This document shows positions 19,425 to 28,582 of a DNA stretch of 64,000 bases, piece by piece. Source of the stretch: Flavobacteriales bacterium (GTDB lineage: Bacteria; Bacteroidota; Bacteroidia; Flavobacteriales_F; PHOS-HE28); assembly GCA_023382455.1 (NCBI GenBank), contig JAHDVX010000014.1, forward strand, positions 16,867-80,866. The letters are read 5' to 3'. The notes below the pieces were generated by a model, which worked only from the letters and a program-made list of their open reading frames with translations, was not told the DNA's origin and searched no databases. The translations under genes were made by a program, and so were the position numbers. The number at the start of each line of letters is the position of its first letter. Position 1 is the first letter of the stretch.

Positions 19425-20438
19425 TTACACGGCGATCCGCGCCACCAGCTCGCGGAGCAGCTCCGCGTCGTCCGCGCTGGTGCTGCCCATGCCCTTGCTG
19501 CGCATGTCGGCCTCGCGGAGCAGGTGGTGTATTTCCTTCAGCTTGGCCGGGGGGTAGTTGCGCGCAGCGCCGGCGTAGTCCTTCACGAAGAATGGGGGCA
19601 CTTTCAACGCCGAGGCCAGCTCCGCCTGAGTTTTGCCCGCCTGGTTGTGTACCACGCCGAGCTTCGCGAAATAGCCATTGAGCAGGCCGACGATGAGCAC
19701 CAGTGGGGAGTCCTTGTCCGATCCAAGGAACTGTGCGATCCGTTGGGCCTTCACATGGTCCTTCCGGCCGAGGGCGTTCTGCAGCTCGAAGATGTTGTAA
19801 TCCTTGCTGATGCCCACATAGCGCTGGATCAGGTCCGCGGTGAGGGCGGCGCCCTGTTCGGTGACCAGGCAGAGTTTTTCCACCTCGTTGATCAGCTTGC
19901 CGAGATCGGTGCCCAAGTGGTCGGCCAGCAATTTGGCCTCCACCGGACCCAGCCGCCGCTTGTGCGAACTGGCATACAGCTGGATCCATTCCGGCAGCTT
20001 TTCCTCCTTCATCCGGTCGCTGGTGAAGACCACGTGTTTCTTGGCCAGGTCTTTCAGCCAGGTCTTGCGCCCGTCGGCCTTTTTGTGTTTGTAGCAGATA
20101 ACCAGCACGGTGGTGGGCGTGGGGGCCTTGAAGTAGGCCACCAGGTCATCAAAGGCGTCAATGCGCCACGATTGAGCTTCGCGAAGCACCACCACCTGGC
20201 GTTCGGCCATCATGGGGTAGCGCAGGCAGGTGTCCCGCACGGTGGCCGGGTCCGCATCCTTGCCGTACAGGATGGTGAGGTTGAAGTCCTTCTCGTGCTC
20301 CTGCAAGGCGTTCCGCTCGATCTCCTCGGCGATCCGGTCGATGAAGAAGGGCTCCTCGCCGTGCAGGAAATAGATGGGCCGGAAGGTCCCGCCGGCGATC
20401 TCCCGCTTGAGCTTCCTGAAGTCGTCCGTGGTGCTCAT
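19425..20438 (-). CDS. holA: DNA polymerase III subunit delta
   Basis: PIYFLHGEEPFFID, RYPMMAERQVVVLREAQ, GISKDYNIFELQ. Confidence 0.92.
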   Translation of the reverse strand: MSTTDDFRKLKREIAGGTFRPIYFLHGEEPFFIDRIAEEIERNALQEHEKDFNLTILYGKDADPATVRDTCLRYPMMAERQVVVLREAQSWRIDAFDDLVAYFKAPTPTTVLVICYKHKKADGRKTWLKDLAKKHVVFTSDRMKEEKLPEWIQLYASSHKRRLGPVEAKLLADHLGTDLGKLINEVEKLCLVTEQGAALTADLIQRYVGISKDYNIFELQNALGRKDHVKAQRIAQFLGSDKDSPLVLIVGLLNGYFAKLGVVHNQAGKTQAELASALKVPPFFVKDYAGAARNYPPAKLKEIHHLLREADMRSKGMGSTSADDAELLRELVARIAV

Positions 20439-21208
20439 TCGAAGCGGAGGTGCTTCACCGAGCGGCCCTCGTTGATGATGTCCCGCAGGGAAGCGATGCC
20501 CACCTTCACATGGTTCTCGGCAAAGCTGCCGGTCACTTGCCGGTCGCTCTCCCCGGTCTTCACCCCTTCGGGGATCATGGGCTGGTCGCTCACCAACAGC
20601 AGTGCCCCGGTGGGTATCTCATTGTGGAAGCCGGTGATGAAGATGGTGGCCGTCTCCATGTCCACGGCCATACACCGGTCGCGGCGCAGCCGTTCCTTGA
20701 ATTCCTCGTCATGCTCCCATACCCTGCGGTTGGTGGTGTATACCGTGCCGCTCCAGTAGTCCAGCTCCATGTCGCGGATCACGCCGCTCACCGCCCGGTG
20801 GATCATGAAGCTCGGTAGGGCCGGCACCTCCGGTGGGAAATAATCGTTGCTGGTGCCCTCGCCACGGATGGCCGCGATGGGCAGGATCAGGTCGCCCAGT
20901 TGGTTCTTTTTCTTCAGCCCGCCGCATTTGCCCAGGAACAGCACGGCCTTGGGCCCGATGGCGCTCAACAGGTCCATGACGGTGGCGGCCGTGGGGCTGC
21001 CCATGCCGAAGTTGATCATCACCATGTCCTCCGCGATGGCCACCTGCATGGGCTTGCCCTGGCCATGCAGGGTGGCGCCCGTCTGTTGCGCGAACAAATC
21101 CAGGTAGTTGTCGAAGTTGGTGAGCAGCACGTACTTCCTGAAGTTATCCAAGGCCACCCCCGTGTAGCGGGGTAGCCAGTTCCTGACGATTTCCTCCTTG
21201 GTGTGCAC
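20435..21208 (-). CDS. amn: AMP nucleosidase (Bacteroidota type)
   Basis: NWLPRYTG, FLGKCGGL, IRGEGTSNDY, AVDMETAT. Confidence 0.88.
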   Translation of the reverse strand: MHTKEEIVRNWLPRYTGVALDNFRKYVLLTNFDNYLDLFAQQTGATLHGQGKPMQVAIAEDMVMINFGMGSPTAATVMDLLSAIGPKAVLFLGKCGGLKKKNQLGDLILPIAAIRGEGTSNDYFPPEVPALPSFMIHRAVSGVIRDMELDYWSGTVYTTNRRVWEHDEEFKERLRRDRCMAVDMETATIFITGFHNEIPTGALLLVSDQPMIPEGVKTGESDRQVTGSFAENHVKVGIASLRDIINEGRSVKHLRFE

Positions 21209-21233
21209 TTTTGTTCGGTCTTAAGTGGTGGTG

Positions 21234-21701
21234 ATGCAAGCCTTGAACCTGCCCGACCATGGTGTCAAAACTACGCAAGGCGAGGACGGCGGCCGCATCT
21301 TCGACCCCGTGCGCCGGGCATGGGTGGCCCTCACCCCGGAAGAGTGGGTGAGGCAGCATGTGCTCAACCATCTGGTGCACGACCTCGGATGCCCCTTGCC
21401 CCTGATCGCCGTGGAGAAGAAGCTGGTGATGAACGGGCTGACCCGCCGGGCGGACATCGTGGTGCACGACCGTACCGGAAGGCCCGTGCTCCTGGTGGAG
21501 TGCAAGGCGCCGGAGGTAAAACTGGAGCAGGCCGTCTTCGAACAGGCCGCGCGGTACAACACCGTGTACAGGGTACCATTGCTGTTGATCTCCAACGGAA
21601 TGCAACACTATTGCTGCCGTGTGGCCCGGTCGGACGGCGCCTTCACCTTCCTGCCGGCGGTGCCGCCATACAGGGAGATGTGCAATGCCGCCCGGATGTA
21701 A
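21234..21701 (+). CDS. Stand-alone HsdR N-terminal (PD-(D/E)xK) domain protein
   Basis: IFDPVRR..V.LTPEEWVRQ, RADIVV, VECKAP, QAARYN. Confidence 0.85.
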   Translation: MQALNLPDHGVKTTQGEDGGRIFDPVRRAWVALTPEEWVRQHVLNHLVHDLGCPLPLIAVEKKLVMNGLTRRADIVVHDRTGRPVLLVECKAPEVKLEQAVFEQAARYNTVYRVPLLLISNGMQHYCCRVARSDGAFTFLPAVPPYREMCNAARM

Positions 21702-21712
21702 CTTAGACGCCA

Positions 21713-24295
21713 ATGAGGTCAATCTTCACCCTTCTCTTGCTGGTTTTGGCATGGAGCGTTCCGGCCTTGGCCCAGGAAAATTCCAAGTTGGGTTTCCAGC
21801 TTCGGGCGTGGTTGGAACAGGCGCAGCCCGATGCACAAGTTGACCTGTTCCTCGCGGGCGATGCCGCCAAGGTGGCCGGTACCGTGCTCCGCATGGGTGG
21901 CCAAGTGAAGATGGTGGCGGGGGAGTGGGTGCAGGCCACGTTGCGGGCGGATGCCGTGAGGGCCTTGGACAGGGAAGAGACCGTGCGGTCGGTGGTGTTC
22001 AGCCTCTCACCGGGCAGAACGCTGAACGACAGCATGCGCGTGAAGGCCCATGTGAACGAGGCGCACGCCGGCCTGGCGCCGTTGCCCGCCGCCTACAAGG
22101 GGAACGGGGTGCTGGTGGGCATCATCGACACCGGTATTGAGCTGAACCACCCCGATTTCCGCGACAGCCTGGGAAATACCCGCGTATTGCGCTATTGGGA
22201 CCAGACGCTTCCCTACGATCCCTGGCTGACCCCTACCGGGTACGGCTACGGCCAGGCCTGGGACAGCACCGCCATCAATGCGGGCAATTGCCCCGCCGTG
22301 GACCAGCCTTCCCAATGGGGCCATGGCACCACCGTGGCGGCCACGGCCGCGGCCAACAGCAACGGGAACGGCCACTGCGCGGGCGTGGCCCCCGAAGCGG
22401 ACCTCATCATCGTTTCCAACAACCTGCTCCACCCCAACTGGACCAGCTCGGTGGTGGATGCCGTGCGCTGGGTGGTGCAGCAAGCCGCGCAGCTGGACCG
22501 CCCCGTGTCCATCAACCTGAGCCTGGGCGATTATTACGGAAGCCATGATGGCCTGGACCCGGCCGCGCTGATGATCGACCAGATCCTCATGGAGGAGCCC
22601 GGCCGCTCATTGGCCTGTGCGGCGGGCAACAGCGGCAACCTGCCGGATTACCATCTGCATGCATCGCCGGGTGCGGACACCATCTTCACCTGGTTCACCT
22701 ACAACCCCAACAGCATGCTGAACATCGGCGCGGTCTACTTCGACCTCTGGGCCGATACCGCCGACTTCAGCCAGGTGCAATACAGCGTGGGGGCCGATCG
22801 GGTGACCAACGGCTATTCCTTCCGTGGGCGCATCCCATTCCGCAGCATCCAGGGCACGTTGGGGCAGATCGTTACGGACACCTTGCGGTCCGTTGACGGG
22901 AATCGCCTCGGCGTGGTCTTCACCCAGGCACAGTTGCGCGGCGGCCAGTACCACATGGAGGTCTACATCCCCCAACCCGATTCCTCCGGCCAGCTGCTCT
23001 ACCGCTTCATCACCACCGGCCCGGGCACCTTCGATGTGTGGAGCCTCGACCTGTTCGGCACCTCGAAGATGGTCACGGCCGTGCCGGACAGCACCGCGTT
23101 CCCGGACATCGTGCACTATGTGGCGCCGGACAAGGAGCGGACCATCGTGGACAGCTGGGCCTGCTCCCCACAGGTGATCACCGTGGGCAACTACTACAAC
23201 CAGCAGGACTACGTGGACATTTCGGGTACCGTGCGGAACCTGGGCGGTATGCCGGGTGCCATCAGCGCCACCAGCAGTGCCGGCCCCACCCGCACCGGCC
23301 TGGTAAAGCCGGACGTGGCCGCACCCGGTGACGCCACCTTCGGGGCCGGCCCCTTGTGGCTGCTGCAAACCTTCCTCGGCGCCGATCCGGCCAAGCTGAT
23401 CGACAGCCTGCACATGCGCGGCGGAGGCACCTCCATCGCCTCACCCGTGGTTACCGGCACCGCCGCCTTGCTGCTGGAGAAATGCCCGCGTGCATCCAAT
23501 GCCTTCATCCGGGATGCCGTGATTGCCGGCGCATTCGCGGACAGCCTTTCCGGGGCGGTGCCCAACGGCCGGTTCGGCCATGGAAAGGTCAATGCGTTCG
23601 CATCCTTGGTGAACACCAACGTGAACGTGCCGGTCACGGTGCCCGGCCCCTTGTGCGAAGGAGACAGCGTCCTGGTGTCCGGGCCGGATTTCATGTACCG
23701 CTATTGGTGGAGCAACGGGCAAACCCAACGTGATGTGTGGACCGCCGGGAACGATACGCTGGTACTCACCGTGCAAACGCCGGACGGCTGCATGGGCACG
23801 AGCGACAGCCTGATGCTGGTGCCCGGCCCGCTGCCGGAGGCCTCCATTACCGTGGATGGCATGACGCTCACCAGCAGCCCCGCTGCAGCGTACCAATGGT
23901 TCCTGGAAGGCGTGGCCTTGGAAGACGAGGATGAACAGGAACTGGAGGTGGAGCTCAACGGCCATTACATGGTGCAGGTGACCGACAGCGCGGGTTGTTC
24001 GGCCTTCTCAGATACGGTGCACATCCTGTCCGTGGGCGTGGATGGGCGGGGCATCGGGGCCCTGCAGGTATGGCCTGTGCCGGCCGGGGATCGGCTGCAC
24101 ATCAGCGGCCTGGAGGCCACCCCCGGCGCGGTGGAATACGGCATTTGGGATGCCGGTGGAAGGCAGGTGCTCACCGGGTCGGTCCCCCGGAAGGAGCCTG
24201 TGATCCCCGTGCACCGCCTGGCCGCGGGCTGCTATGTGCTGAAGCTGCACGCCGTGCCGGCCGGCGCGCACTTGCGCTTCATCAAGGGCCGCTGA
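21713..24295 (+). CDS. S8 subtilisin-like serine peptidase with T9SS C-terminal domain
   Basis: Catalytic motifs GIIDTG, GHGT, AAGN and GTSIASP; large insertion within the catalytic domain; WPVP...GCYVLKL...RFIK CTD. Confidence 0.88.
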   Translation: MRSIFTLLLLVLAWSVPALAQENSKLGFQLRAWLEQAQPDAQVDLFLAGDAAKVAGTVLRMGGQVKMVAGEWVQATLRADAVRALDREETVRSVVFSLSPGRTLNDSMRVKAHVNEAHAGLAPLPAAYKGNGVLVGIIDTGIELNHPDFRDSLGNTRVLRYWDQTLPYDPWLTPTGYGYGQAWDSTAINAGNCPAVDQPSQWGHGTTVAATAAANSNGNGHCAGVAPEADLIIVSNNLLHPNWTSSVVDAVRWVVQQAAQLDRPVSINLSLGDYYGSHDGLDPAALMIDQILMEEPGRSLACAAGNSGNLPDYHLHASPGADTIFTWFTYNPNSMLNIGAVYFDLWADTADFSQVQYSVGADRVTNGYSFRGRIPFRSIQGTLGQIVTDTLRSVDGNRLGVVFTQAQLRGGQYHMEVYIPQPDSSGQLLYRFITTGPGTFDVWSLDLFGTSKMVTAVPDSTAFPDIVHYVAPDKERTIVDSWACSPQVITVGNYYNQQDYVDISGTVRNLGGMPGAISATSSAGPTRTGLVKPDVAAPGDATFGAGPLWLLQTFLGADPAKLIDSLHMRGGGTSIASPVVTGTAALLLEKCPRASNAFIRDAVIAGAFADSLSGAVPNGRFGHGKVNAFASLVNTNVNVPVTVPGPLCEGDSVLVSGPDFMYRYWWSNGQTQRDVWTAGNDTLVLTVQTPDGCMGTSDSLMLVPGPLPEASITVDGMTLTSSPAAAYQWFLEGVALEDEDEQELEVELNGHYMVQVTDSAGCSAFSDTVHILSVGVDGRGIGALQVWPVPAGDRLHISGLEATPGAVEYGIWDAGGRQVLTGSVPRKEPVIPVHRLAAGCYVLKLHAVPAGAHLRFIKGR

Positions 24296-24299
24296 GCGT

Positions 24300-25949
24300 T
24301 CAGCGGCCTTGCGCCACTTCCTCCCCGTTGATGAAGGTGGCCACCACGCGGGCCTTGGGAAGCTGGTCCTCGCCCACGGTGAGCAGGTCGCGGTCCACCA
24401 CGGTGAAGTCCGCCAGCTTGCCGGGCTCCAGGCTGCCGAGGTCCTTCTCGGTGAAGGTGGCCAAGGCGTTCCACATCGTCATGCCCCGCAAGGCTTCCTC
24501 GCGGCTCAAGGCATCCTGCATTTGGAAGCCTCCAGGCGGCAACCCTTGCGCATCCTTGCGGACCACGGCCGTGTAGAAGGTCTGCAAGGGATCGATGCCT
24601 TCCACGGGGAAGTCCGTGCCCAGGGCGATCATGCCGTTCTGCCGCATCAGGCGTTTCAGCGCGTAGGCGTTGGCCAGGCGCTCGGGCCCCAAGCGGTCCA
24701 CCGCCCACCGCATGTCGCTGGTGGCGTGCGTGGGTTGCACGCTGGGGATGATGTTGTACCGTCCGAAGGCGCCGAAGTCCGCCGTGTCCACGCATTGCGC
24801 GTGCTCGATCCGCCAGCGCAGGTCGTTCGTGCCCCCGAGCACCTGCCCGTACACGCCCAGCAGCAGGCGGTCGGCGCTGTCGCCGATGCAGTGCGTGGCC
24901 ATCTGGAAGCCGTGCGCCTTGCACCATTCGGCCACCTTCACGAAATGCTCCTGGTCCGCCAATTGCAGGCCGTGGCCAGCGGCGGGGTCATCGCTGTACG
25001 GCTGCAGCAGCAGCGCCCCGCGCGAGCCCAAGGCCCCGTCCGCATAGCACTTCACGGCCCGTACGATCAGGCGTTCATCCCGCAAGGGCCGATCGAACTT
25101 GGCGAAGTTGAGGCTGTCGTCGGCGAGCATGGCATACACGCGGATCTTCAGCTCGCCCGCCGCCTGCATGCGTTGGATCAGGTCGATGGTGCCCGCGTCC
25201 AGGCCCGCGTCGCAGACCAGGGTGAGGCCGGCCTCCAGGCAATCACGCTGGGCCGCCAGTAGGGCTTTGCGCTTGGTGGCCTCGTCCGCATCGTCGAAGA
25301 TCTTCTGGAACATGCCCACGGCATTGTCCACCAACAGGCCGGTAAGCTTGCCGTCCTTCGTGCCCAGCAGGCCACCGGCCACCTTGCTTTCCGCGGTGAA
25401 GCCGGCGCTGTCCAAGGCCGCTTGGTTGGCGATGGCCGCATGGCCGTCCACGCGTTGCAGCAGCACCGGGCGGTCGGGGAAGAGCAGGTTCAGGCTGTCG
25501 TTGGTCGGCACCTGCCGGCCCGGCCAGAGATTCTGGTCCCAGCCACGCCCCAAGATCCAGCCCTTGCCCGGGTTGGCAGCCGCGAAGGCCTGCACGCGCT
25601 GCAGCACCTCACTCCAGTTGCTCGCCCCGGTGAGGTTCACCTTTTGCTTGTTCAGCCCGTAGCCCAGGAAGTGGCAGTGCCCGTCGATGAACCCGGGATA
25701 GACCGCCTTGAGCCCCGCATCATAGGTGCGTTTCGCCTTGTAGCGGTTCAAGATCTCAAACTCCGCTCCCAGTTCCAGGATGCGGCCGTCCTTGATCGCC
25801 ATGGCGGTGTGGACCGTGTTGTTGCCGTCCATGCTCATGATCCGGGCGTTGCGCACGATCAGGTCCGCCTCGCGGTTGCGGTACTCGAACTTGCAGCCGG
25901 TGAGCAAGGATGCGACGGTCACGGGCAGAAGGATGGTCCGGGTTTTCAT
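24300..25949 (-). CDS. Amidohydrolase-3 (YtcJ-like) lipoprotein
   Basis: Lipobox LLTG-C; PGFIDGHCH, HCIGD, RIEHAQ, GTDFP, GKLADF. Confidence 0.88.
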   Translation of the reverse strand: MKTRTILLPVTVASLLTGCKFEYRNREADLIVRNARIMSMDGNNTVHTAMAIKDGRILELGAEFEILNRYKAKRTYDAGLKAVYPGFIDGHCHFLGYGLNKQKVNLTGASNWSEVLQRVQAFAAANPGKGWILGRGWDQNLWPGRQVPTNDSLNLLFPDRPVLLQRVDGHAAIANQAALDSAGFTAESKVAGGLLGTKDGKLTGLLVDNAVGMFQKIFDDADEATKRKALLAAQRDCLEAGLTLVCDAGLDAGTIDLIQRMQAAGELKIRVYAMLADDSLNFAKFDRPLRDERLIVRAVKCYADGALGSRGALLLQPYSDDPAAGHGLQLADQEHFVKVAEWCKAHGFQMATHCIGDSADRLLLGVYGQVLGGTNDLRWRIEHAQCVDTADFGAFGRYNIIPSVQPTHATSDMRWAVDRLGPERLANAYALKRLMRQNGMIALGTDFPVEGIDPLQTFYTAVVRKDAQGLPPGGFQMQDALSREEALRGMTMWNALATFTEKDLGSLEPGKLADFTVVDRDLLTVGEDQLPKARVVATFINGEEVAQGR

Positions 25950-27256
25950 CGGCGCGGGAAAGGAATCAGGCGTTTCAGTTTTTCGGGGTCGGCCACCAGC
26001 AGGAATGCCAGGGACCAGTATGGAAGGAACGGGATGCGGTAGCGCACCAGGGCCCCCACGATCGGCGTGGTCCAGCCGATGAGCAAGGCCAAGGCCAGGC
26101 AGAAGGACAGGCAGAACAGCAGCAGGGGAATGTCCACCCGGGCCTTGGGTCGGGCCCAGATCAAGGCCCATGGCACCAAGGCCAGCAGGACCAGGTTCTC
26201 CATTCCGGACAGCAAGCCGAAGATCCCTTGGTCCCATACGCTGAACGGGGAGAGGAACGCGCTGGACAACGCTTGCGGAAGCTGCTCCATCATGCCGGCC
26301 AAACCGGGGGCCATGGGGGCCGTGGGGATGAAGCTTCCGGCATCCACGGAGGTGGCCACACCCACCATGTCCCGTTGCTTTTGGTGGATCAGGGCCACCA
26401 CGTCCAGGTCCGGGCGCACCGAGGGCAGGGTGAGCACCACGGCCACCACGCCTACCGCAACCGCCACGTACTTCCATACCGCCCGGCGGCCTCCGGTACG
26501 GCGGCACCACCAAAGGGCGATCATGCCCGGCAACAGACAGGCCAGGACATACGATTTCAGGCTGATCAAGGTCAATACGCCCACGGCCATGCAGGCCACA
26601 TCCGCGGCTCGCCACGGGCCTTCCAGCCGTCGGAAGATGGACAGGACGAACAGCCCGAGGCCGAGGAAAAGCACGGCTTCCTTCAGGGGGGCGCTGCTCC
26701 AGAACAGCACGCTGGGCCATCCGAAGACACCCAGGGCCAAGGCGGGCCCCATGCCGGGCACGAACCCGATGAAGGCCTTGTACAGCGCCGTGAGCCCCAC
26801 CAAGGACAGGAAAGCGGCGAACACCGTGTGCACATGGAAGACGCCCAATGAGAATAGGCGGACCACCGCACTGAAGCGGATCATGGTGTGCGCATCGTTG
26901 TAGTACCCCGTGTCGTAGCGGCGGTACCAGTTGTTCATGCGCATGTAATACTGCTCATCGAAGCGGGGCGAATCGTTGCCGATGCCGGTGAGCATGCGCA
27001 CAAAATCCTCCGGATGGGCCGGCAGGGCGCTGAACAGCACGTTGCCGTCATCGAAGTACTTGAAGATGTCCGCCGTGGAGCGGTCCGTGTAGTGGAAGGT
27101 GTATACGGCCCAAAGCGCGGTGCCCATCGCCACTTTCAGCAGGAACAACCCGCCGATCCATCGCCTGCGGAGCCCGGGCACGCCGAAGAAACGCCAGCGG
27201 GCGATGACATACAGGAACAGGGCGGCATAGCCGCCGGTGAGCAGGAGCCCCGCCAT
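25946..27256 (-). CDS. Multi-pass membrane protein (possible GT-C glycosyltransferase or polymerase-like)
   Basis: About 10 hydrophobic segments; DIFKYF loop, PSVLFWSS..LKE, GALVRYR. Confidence 0.65.
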   Translation of the reverse strand: MAGLLLTGGYAALFLYVIARWRFFGVPGLRRRWIGGLFLLKVAMGTALWAVYTFHYTDRSTADIFKYFDDGNVLFSALPAHPEDFVRMLTGIGNDSPRFDEQYYMRMNNWYRRYDTGYYNDAHTMIRFSAVVRLFSLGVFHVHTVFAAFLSLVGLTALYKAFIGFVPGMGPALALGVFGWPSVLFWSSAPLKEAVLFLGLGLFVLSIFRRLEGPWRAADVACMAVGVLTLISLKSYVLACLLPGMIALWWCRRTGGRRAVWKYVAVAVGVVAVVLTLPSVRPDLDVVALIHQKQRDMVGVATSVDAGSFIPTAPMAPGLAGMMEQLPQALSSAFLSPFSVWDQGIFGLLSGMENLVLLALVPWALIWARPKARVDIPLLLFCLSFCLALALLIGWTTPIVGALVRYRIPFLPYWSLAFLLVADPEKLKRLIPFPRR

Positions 27257-27388
27257 GGTGGCCAAATGTAGCCGGGGCGGGGGAGCGCACCGGTCAAGGG
27301 GCCGGCCAAGCCGCATGTTCGTTGGCGGGGCGCGGAAAGTTCGTTCCGGTTCCCGTCCTTTGCGCTCCGATCACCAGCCCGTGTGCGC

Positions 27389-28222
27389 ATGACCCGTGAA
27401 GAGCTGATCCGCATCATCAAGAAGAAGCAAAGCCTGCTCTGTGTGGGTTTGGATACCGAGCCGGAGCGGCTGCCACAGCGGTTCCTGGGCCAGCATGACC
27501 CGGTGCGGGCCTTCAACCACGCCATCATCAAGGCCACCCACCATGTGGCGGTGGCCTACAAGCTCAACCTCGCGTTCTATGAGGCCAACGGCAGCGATGG
27601 GTGGCGTGACCTGGAAAGCACCGTTGCCTACCTGCGCAGTGTGGGCGACTGCCTGATCATCGCCGATGCCAAGCGCGGCGACATCGGCAACACGGCCCGC
27701 AAATACGCCGAGGCCTTCTTCGACCAACTGGATTTCGACGCCGTGACCGTGGCGCCCTACATGGGCGGCGACAGCATCACGCCCTTCCTGGGCCGGCCGG
27801 GCAAATGGGCCATCGTGCTGGCCGTCACCAGCAACGAGGGGGCCTTGGACTTCCAGTTCCTGCCGGTGGAGGATGGCAGCCAGCGGGTGTTTGAACGGGT
27901 GATGCAACGTGCCATGGACCTCGGCCGGCCGGACGAACTGATGTTCGTGGCCGGTGCCACGCGCCCCGAGTTGCTGGGCCAAGTGCGCACCCTCGCCCCG
28001 GACCATTTCCTGCTGGTGCCCGGCGTGGGCGCACAGGGCGGCGACCTCGAGGGCGTGCTCCGCGCGGGGCTCAATAGGGACGGCGGCCTGCTGATCAACA
28101 GCTCGCGCGGCATCCTTTACGCCGGAAAGGAGGAAGAAGCCGTGCCCAAGGCCCGCGAAGCCGCCGAAGCCCTGCAACGCGTAATGGCGAAGGCCCTGCG
28201 GGAGCGGGGGGTGGTGGGGTAG
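27389..28222 (+). CDS. pyrF: Orotidine-5'-phosphate decarboxylase
   Basis: LCVGLD, ADAKRGDIGNT, LVPGVGAQGG, NSSRGI. Confidence 0.95.
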   Translation: MTREELIRIIKKKQSLLCVGLDTEPERLPQRFLGQHDPVRAFNHAIIKATHHVAVAYKLNLAFYEANGSDGWRDLESTVAYLRSVGDCLIIADAKRGDIGNTARKYAEAFFDQLDFDAVTVAPYMGGDSITPFLGRPGKWAIVLAVTSNEGALDFQFLPVEDGSQRVFERVMQRAMDLGRPDELMFVAGATRPELLGQVRTLAPDHFLLVPGVGAQGGDLEGVLRAGLNRDGGLLINSSRGILYAGKEEEAVPKAREAAEALQRVMAKALRERGVVG

Positions 28223-28550
28223 CTGGTGGTTGTCCGTTGTTGGTTGCTGGGGGGCGCCGATCCGGTGCCAAGCGCCCGAACAACCTGGGCTATCGGGTCT
28301 TATTCATGCGCCTGACGGCGCATCTGATGAAATGCATGGAACCACAGATGTACGCGGATGGACACGGATAAAGGCCGATGGTATGCCTAGCCTCCTGTGA
28401 CATGGGCTAAACGTTCAAAGGGAAGGTCCCATCCGTGTCCATCCGTGTGAATTCGTGGTTCCCGTTCAGGTCTCACACGCCCTTTGGGCGTGTGAGACCT
28501 GATGATCCTGCCAAACAACCAACAACCAACAACCAGCAACCAACAACTAT
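28222..28550. repeat. Nested intergenic repeat locus (inverted heptamer tracts, 32-bp inverted repeat, perfect palindrome)
   Basis: GTTGTTGGTTGCTGG vs CAACCAA tract; 28338-28369 vs 28431-28462 inverted repeat; 17-bp perfect stem at 28466-28502. Confidence 0.8.
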
Positions 28551-28582
28551 CTTGTCCAGGTCGGGTTGGCAAAATTCCCGTC

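Noticed and set aside
21234-21701. Type I restriction-modification system
   Set aside because: Only a solo HsdR N-terminal domain is present, with no hsdM, hsdS or helicase part; it is a commonly conserved holA neighbour in Bacteroidota.
24300-26720. 806-aa ORF as one protein
   Set aside because: The N-terminal ~256 aa are out-of-frame overlap with the upstream membrane-protein gene; the real start is the lipoprotein signal at 25949.
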